From the NCBI GenBank assembly GCA_041661765.1, contig JBAZTV010000003.1:143914-207913 (forward strand): DNA of 64,000 nucleotides, given 5' to 3'. The position numbers and the translations under genes are program-made. Position 1 is the stretch's first letter, and every line of letters begins with the position of its first letter. Positions 59,601-64,000 of the stretch are shown here, one piece after another. The notes below the pieces were generated by a model. It was not told where the DNA came from and ran no database searches. It worked only from the letters and a program-made list of their open reading frames with translations. The DNA comes from Candidatus Shapirobacteria bacterium (GTDB lineage: Bacteria; Patescibacteriota; Microgenomatia; UBA12405).

Positions 59601-61783
59601 GCTTATTTTTAAATGGATCACTTTGGGCTGAAAACACTAATATTGGCAGCACTTTACCTAAAATTTATGATGATGTTTGTATTGGTAAAGCTGGAGGAGG
59701 TTCCAATGAAAAATTTACTGGAAAAATTGACGATGTCAAAATCTACAATTACGCCCGCACCCAAAAACAAATCACTGAAGATATGAATGCTAACCACCCT
59801 GCCGTTTCTTCTAATTCTATGATTGGTTATTGGAAATTTGACGAAGGCAGTGGCACCACCGCCAACAATTCCGGCAACGGCGGTTCTGCTTTAAACGGAA
59901 CATTAACTGGTACAACCATCCCAACCTGGACCAACGACAGTAAATCTGGTAAAGCCATCAATTTAAATGGCATCAATAGTTTTGCTCGAACTGGCATTAT
60001 CCCTGCCTCCGATGCTTTTTCTCTTTCTGTTTGGTTCAAAGCCAATCAAGTTAGAGATCAAAATCGAATTTATTGGGGCACTGGTACAGACAAAGCAATA
60101 CTAGCTTTTTCCGGTACATCAGGATATTTAACTTGGTATATGTCTGCCTCTGGTGGTAATACAGGTTATAAAACTACATCAAAAAAAATTAATATTAATG
60201 ACTGGAATCACGTTGTTTTAGTTTACAACGGCAGTATTGTTAAATGTTTTATTAATGGAGTCGAAGATAATATCATAGGTACTTTAACTGGTACTAGTGT
60301 TGCTTCTGCTATTAATTTAGGTACTAATTATAATAATACTGGAAATTGGTTTGACGGAAAAATAGATGAGGTTAAAGCTTATAACTACGCTCTCACCTCC
60401 GACGAAATCAAACTCGACTACAATCAAGGTTCTGCCCTACAAATGGGACAAACTTCTCAAACCATCAGTGGCACCACCACTTCTCTAGAATATTGCATTC
60501 CTGGCGATACTTCGGCCTGCGCCTCCCCTGTTGCCGAATGGAACTTCGAAGAAAACACCGGCACCACCACCAAAGATTCTAGTGGCAATAATAACACCGG
60601 CACTTTTGGCACCGGATCTTCCGCCCCCACCTGGACAATTGGCAAAAAAAATACCGGCGCCGGATTAAGATTTGATGGAGTTAATGATTATTTAACATTC
60701 CCTAATTATTTTAATTTAAGTCCCGCCACCCTAGAATTTTGGTTTAAAGCCAATAGTTGGTCCAACTCCCCATTAATTATCGGTAAAGATAGTGCTGGCG
60801 CCACTAACGGATATGTTCAATATGTTAGTAGTCAATTAAGATTTTATGCACCTGGAAACACAGTAACTGTTAATTGGGGTAATCCATCATTAAACACCTG
60901 GCACCATGCCACTTTAGTTATCACCGGAACTCAACATTTAGCTTATTTAGATGGTGCATTAGTTGGCTCTCCAGTTTCTTCCGCACTGGCTTTATTCACT
61001 GGCAACTATAATTTTAAAGTTGGCTGTTACGATAATGGCGCTTTAGCATTCAATGGTTCCATTGATCAAATGAAGATTTACAATTACGCCCGCACCCCCG
61101 CCCAAGTCGCCTACGACTATAACAAAGGGGGTCCAATTGGTTGGTGGAAGCTTGACGAATGCCAAGGTTCCGTGGCTAACGACTCATCCGGAATAGGTAA
61201 TACTGGATCAATTAATATCAGTGCTAGCGGCACCCAAACCTCTGTCGGTACTTGCACCACTTCTGGCACTGCCTGGGGCAACGGTGCTAGCGGTAAAATC
61301 AACTCTTCGCTAAACTTCGATGGAACAGATGATGAAATTAGTATAGGATCATTTGGTATTCTAAATAATTACACTATATCATTTTGGGCAAAACATAATG
61401 TTTCAAGTAAGATGCCTATTGGTTCTAGGTCTGGCACTACTTATTATTGGTATGGAGACAGTAGTTGGAAATATACTCATGGAGGAACTTCCGGTGAATT
61501 TTATTATCCAAAGTCAGTAAATATTCCCAATGGGACCTGGGGACATTTCACTGTTACTTATGATGGAATTAATGTCCGCATTTACAGAAACGGAAAGTTT
61601 GAAGGTTCTCAAGGTTCTACTGGTACAGCAGATTTTTCTAATGGATTTTATTTAGGATGGGGATATCCAGATAGTAGTTATCATTTTAATGGTCAAATAG
61701 ATGACGTTCGCATCTACAACTACGCCTTAACTCCGGAACAAGTCAAGACACTTTACAATGGTGGAGCGGTCAGCTTTAATTAA
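56633..61783 (+). CDS. Giant surface protein 3 (about 1716 aa from ATG 56633; the ORF opens at GTG 56621). TM, DUF2341-like domain, a ~250-aa glycine-rich segment, then about 7 LamG/ConA-like modules.
   Basis: N-terminal 45 aa nearly identical to protein 1. Gly-rich region ...YRIHTFTSNGTLTNANNTNAEVLVVAGGGGGGSSSGVGDGGSGGGGAGGL...GGGGGGTTGVNGRPGGSGGGGGYNG...ASGIVVVRF. C-terminal IDDVRIYNYALTPEQVKTLYNGGAVSFN is identical in style to proteins 1 and 2. Confidence 0.85.
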   Translation: MKSKKLDINNWSVKSLLIILFFLLISIVILWKFVLPNHKVEASWWNDGWNYRKAVSISNTGAAQTNTQIKILNNYDLSALVTAGKIQADLDDLRFTDINGNLLNYWIEDSTNNSVDIWGVVSSLPTSGTTIYMYYGNPSATSVSSTSNITIGGTMTSIGGYRIHTFTSNGTLTNANNTNAEVLVVAGGGGGGSSSGVGDGGSGGGGAGGLTYNSSYALTQGQIINITVGVGGTNGATSSHQSGTDGGNSIFGAITTNGGGGGGTTGVNGRPGGSGGGGGYNGYTTIRYGGSGVVGIGNSGGATTDLASASGAGGGGAGGVGGNNITGHVGGNGGLGINYSITGIGVTYASGGRGGGGAAPVNKTANTGNGGDGAYSTSIPTSGASGIVVVRFLSGTASTPSTEEAGGGPIAYWKFDEGTGTSAYNSTTSNHNGALQNGTSWASEDQCVSGKCLKFDGVNDYVSAGVGTDYLPMNTFSICAWAKSPGLASGMSLNGIISYTYGLTMSIDGSGHFLSRVDDGSNIVGVTESSQNLYDNKFHHLCFTFDGTNRYMYIDGKLKVTTATTWNNRYSSNSVNIGHENNNSPIYKFNGFIDEPKIYPYARTAAQIKLDYNSRGSSKGTSANLGSAASDNNLSDGLVGYWKMDENTGISITDSSGLGYTGIFGTGDSAPSWSSGKFGVGTSFDGSNDYIDAGNVLNMGTNDMTISTWIKTTNSSSTAQYIVSKSLAAAQNYRYGIFTRNGTAGIFMQGDGGADVVVYGTKNIADGNWHNITYIFNRDDKADIYVDGIYDVGQTISQWNGKNMVSINPFRIGAYTAADNTGITSSFSGFIDETRVYNRALSPTEVSQLYEFAPGPIFYWDFNEGIGTTAFDKQNHTNLPISNATYTSGKYGGGLNFNGNAWLEKSISPSIAAAQDYTQCLWFNTSTNATRQILIDDSNQWEHWIAINTNKTISGCYYNASQMCATSTNIINLNTWNYVCLAVQSGQKMSLFLNGSLWAENTNIGSTLPKIYDDVCIGKAGGGSNEKFTGKIDDVKIYNYARTQKQITEDMNANHPAVSSNSMIGYWKFDEGSGTTANNSGNGGSALNGTLTGTTIPTWTNDSKSGKAINLNGINSFARTGIIPASDAFSLSVWFKANQVRDQNRIYWGTGTDKAILAFSGTSGYLTWYMSASGGNTGYKTTSKKININDWNHVVLVYNGSIVKCFINGVEDNIIGTLTGTSVASAINLGTNYNNTGNWFDGKIDEVKAYNYALTSDEIKLDYNQGSALQMGQTSQTISGTTTSLEYCIPGDTSACASPVAEWNFEENTGTTTKDSSGNNNTGTFGTGSSAPTWTIGKKNTGAGLRFDGVNDYLTFPNYFNLSPATLEFWFKANSWSNSPLIIGKDSAGATNGYVQYVSSQLRFYAPGNTVTVNWGNPSLNTWHHATLVITGTQHLAYLDGALVGSPVSSALALFTGNYNFKVGCYDNGALAFNGSIDQMKIYNYARTPAQVAYDYNKGGPIGWWKLDECQGSVANDSSGIGNTGSINISASGTQTSVGTCTTSGTAWGNGASGKINSSLNFDGTDDEISIGSFGILNNYTISFWAKHNVSSKMPIGSRSGTTYYWYGDSSWKYTHGGTSGEFYYPKSVNIPNGTWGHFTVTYDGINVRIYRNGKFEGSQGSTGTADFSNGFYLGWGYPDSSYHFNGQIDDVRIYNYALTPEQVKTLYNGGAVSFN

Positions 61784-61795
61784 AATTTCTAGTCT

Positions 61796-61869
61796 GTAGA
61801 GACGTAGCGCGCTACGTCTCTACAAAAATAATATTCTCCCAGTAGAGACGCCACGCATGGCGTCTCTAC
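61796..61869. repeat. Two tandem family-1 REP-like palindromes (GTAGAGACG-N8-CGTCTCTAC) immediately after giant gene 3
   Basis: gtagagacgtagcgcgctacgtctctac at 61796-61823 and gtagagacgccacgcatggcgtctctac at 61842-61869. Identical or near-identical copies at 8184-8210, 9956-9983, 32926-32953, 34264-34291, 34386-34413, 44075-44102, 62594-62621 and 63520-63547. Confidence 0.9.
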
Positions 61870-62073
61870 CAAAAACCACTTTCTTTATTATTTAAAACCC
61901 TCCGTCTCTTCGAGCCACCTCCCTTGACAGGGAGGCTTCAGCTCACCAAATAAAGGTCCCCTGTCAAGGGGAAGGTGGTACGAAGTACCAAGGGGTTTTG
62001 TATTCTTTTTATGATAAATATTACAATTATTTGATGTATTTTATTAATATTATTCTCATTTATACTTTAAATT

Positions 62074-62343
62074 ATGCTTACCCAACAAGATTTATCTCAA
62101 TTTAAAAAAATACTCCAACCCATCAACGACAGATTAGATAAAATTAACGATAAGTTAATTGAACATGATAAAAAGTTTGACAAAATCGATGCTAAGTTTA
62201 AAAAAATAGACAAACAACTCAAAAAAATTCAAAAAGATCTCACCACCACTATAAAATATTTCGATAATAATTGTCTTACACACAAAAAACATCTCGACAG
62301 AATAGAACAGCATCTCGGTTTATCACAATTTCCAATCATCTAA
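62074..62343 (+). CDS. Small coiled-coil protein, short paralog (89 aa) of 45336-45725 with fewer heptad repeats
   Basis: MLTQQDLSQFKKILQPINDRLDKINDKLIEHDKKFDKIDAKFKKIDKQLKKIQKDLTTTIKYFDNNCLTHKKHLDRIEQHLGLSQFPII. The 5' flank (~90 bp) is ~95% identical to the 45245-45335 flank. Confidence 0.5.
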   Translation: MLTQQDLSQFKKILQPINDRLDKINDKLIEHDKKFDKIDAKFKKIDKQLKKIQKDLTTTIKYFDNNCLTHKKHLDRIEQHLGLSQFPII

Positions 62344-63033
62344 ATTTAAAACGCCCCCCCCATAATATTCATTTGTTCCATCCCTCACAAAATTTTCTCT
62401 ACGATATATCCCCTACGACCTAAATCCTAATTTTAACCATTCCTTAAACACCAAACCATTCTTTTATACCGATTAGCAAACAGACCAAAATTCTGCCACC
62501 AAAAATCCCTCTAGTACATCAAAAATAAACAAAACTAAAACTAACCCATCAAAAATTTAATTTTAAAAAGTATCTTATAAAAAGAAATAATCTGTAGAGA
62601 CGCCATGCATGGCGTCTCTACAATATTTAAATATGTCTCTACTAATTTAAATATGTCTCAGCAAAAATTATTTTCACACTTTACAAACACATCCTATAAT
62701 TATTTTTAGTTATATACATCACATCTCTTTATCTACAATCTATCACCTACGACCTAAGATTCATTTATACCCTTCTCTTAAACACAAAAACGCCCTCCAC
62801 TCCCCTTTAGCACCACCGTGTCCAATCTGCCAACAAAAATAAAATAAATACATCATAAACAAACATTTAAAAACATTGTGACTCAAAAATTAAATTGAAA
62901 AAAATAGCTTATATTTTAAAATCCCTCTCTAGTTTCAATCTTCCCCCTGACCCCCTTCTTTGACAAGACGGGGGAAATAATTGTCTTTTTTAAAGTCCCT
63001 CTTGTCAAAGAGGGATTTAGGGAGATTGAATCC

Positions 63034-63486
63034 CTATCTAAAAGTTACCGTCACCGTTCCATTCAACGAAACCCCACCCACACTAGCAGTTAATTCATAC
63101 TGTTGAGCTGTTGTCGATGTTAACTCAAAAGTTGCCTTACCCAAGCTATCCGTTGCCGCATCTAATTCTAAACCATTCTGCTTTGCAGAACCTAGCCCGC
63201 TCAATTGAACTGATTTACCAGCAATACCCTTTCCATCACTATCTAAAACAAAAACATTCACCACACACTTCTCCTGACCATCTGCCTTAGCCACCATTTT
63301 TTGACCAATTAACAAAGAGTTTTTAATCGAAACTTTTTGAACCGTACTCGCTTTAGTCAAAGTCACCAACGCCTTAGGAATCACAGACGTCCCCAAATAA
63401 ATCACTGCCGCTATAGCCACTAAAAAACCGATACCACTGTATAATATGTTCTTTTTATCAGCAATCATCTTAGTAAATAATAGCAC
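63034..63486 (-). CDS. Small membrane-anchored Big-like Ig-domain protein. Paralog of 45940-46353, in inverted orientation.
   Basis: N-terminal TM. AKADGQEKCVVNVFVLDSDGKGIAGKSVQLS...DSLGKATFELTSTTAQQYELTASVGG parallels the 45940 protein. Confidence 0.45.
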   Translation of the reverse strand: MLLFTKMIADKKNILYSGIGFLVAIAAVIYLGTSVIPKALVTLTKASTVQKVSIKNSLLIGQKMVAKADGQEKCVVNVFVLDSDGKGIAGKSVQLSGLGSAKQNGLELDAATDSLGKATFELTSTTAQQYELTASVGGVSLNGTVTVTFR

Positions 63487-64000
63487 AAAAAAATAATTGT
63501 TTAAAACCCACTTGACTCTGTAGAGACGTAGCGCGCTACGTCTCTACTTAATAAACCCGATGTCTCTATTAATCAAACCTGATTCCCTTCCTTTTAGCAC
63601 CAACTACCAACCACTGCTAATCTCTAATAAATTTAAAAACACACCTAAAAACAGGCATATTTAACCTAATTTTTAAACTTAAAAATCAAAAAATAATCCC
63701 AAAACTAATTTTTTCTCCCAAAAAGGATACAAATTATCACCCTCTAGCTACTTATATATCAATATAATTCATTATATCTTAAACAAAATTTATTAAAAAT
63801 TAACATTAATTTAATTTTTAATTTAAAAAAAATTTATTTTTTTACCAAAAAATTCACTTCCTAATTACCTTTTTTAAATCATCTTTGTACCCCTAAAGTA
63901 TATCATTTAATATCTTTTAGAGTAAACCGCATTTCTCCGCATTAACAAATTTTTACCGGCTCGTATTAGGTTATATTTTGATTTTATTTATACCACATTG

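Noticed and set aside
47695-61302. Numerous 60-110-aa ORFs in alternative frames and on the opposite strand inside the three giant genes (e.g. 47695-47949, 48262-48504, 50332-50604, 54522-54845, 57675-57992, 60457-60645)
   Set aside because: They are shadow ORFs produced by the repetitive, codon-biased (GGN/ACN-rich) composition of the LamG module DNA. They overlap a far longer, motif-rich ORF and have Pro/Leu/Val-rich nonsense translations.
1-64000. CRISPR array
   Set aside because: No CRISPR array was found. The repetitive sequences present are palindromic hairpins of several unrelated families, dispersed and often genic, not direct repeats with regular unique spacers.

Overview
This window is AT-rich bacterial DNA with the gene content and style of a CPR/Patescibacteria-like genome. 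Small housekeeping operons are recognisable: nrdR-nrdJ, secE-nusG-rplK-rplA, rplJ-rplL, ddl/alr/murF, ruvCAB, murB, mreB, leuS, comEA-comEC, two tRNAs, and a mannose/NDP-sugar cluster. Three features stand out. (1) A dense population of short perfect palindromic hairpin elements of at least five sequence families. One family (GTAGAGACG-N8-CGTCTCTAC) has 10 copies. Several copies sit in-frame inside conserved genes (leuS three times, murF, ddl, murB, an alpha/beta hydrolase, the ComEC MBL domain). An IS200-like Y1 tyrosine transposase of the REP-associated (RAYT) type at 13630-14127 is itself flanked and interrupted by one palindrome family. (2) A 17-kb locus (about 45.2-63.5 kb) holds three tandem giant paralogous surface proteins of 1668, 1309 and 1720 aa. 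Each has an N-terminal membrane anchor, a DUF2341-like domain and 5-7 LamG/ConA-like modules. Gene 2 carries a fibrinogen-related-like insert and gene 3 a glycine-rich insert. Each gene is preceded by a conserved ~155-bp twin-hairpin promoter cassette, and two DUF559 endonuclease-domain genes are interleaved. The locus is bracketed by a duplicated two-gene module: a heptad-repeat coiled-coil protein and a Big-like membrane protein. (3) A cluster of secreted or C-terminally anchored surface proteins (39.3-45.1 kb) lies just upstream. There are also several higher-GC islets, including an excisionase-family HTH gene. Functional assignments rest on motif-level recognition in the supplied translations. 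No database search was possible.
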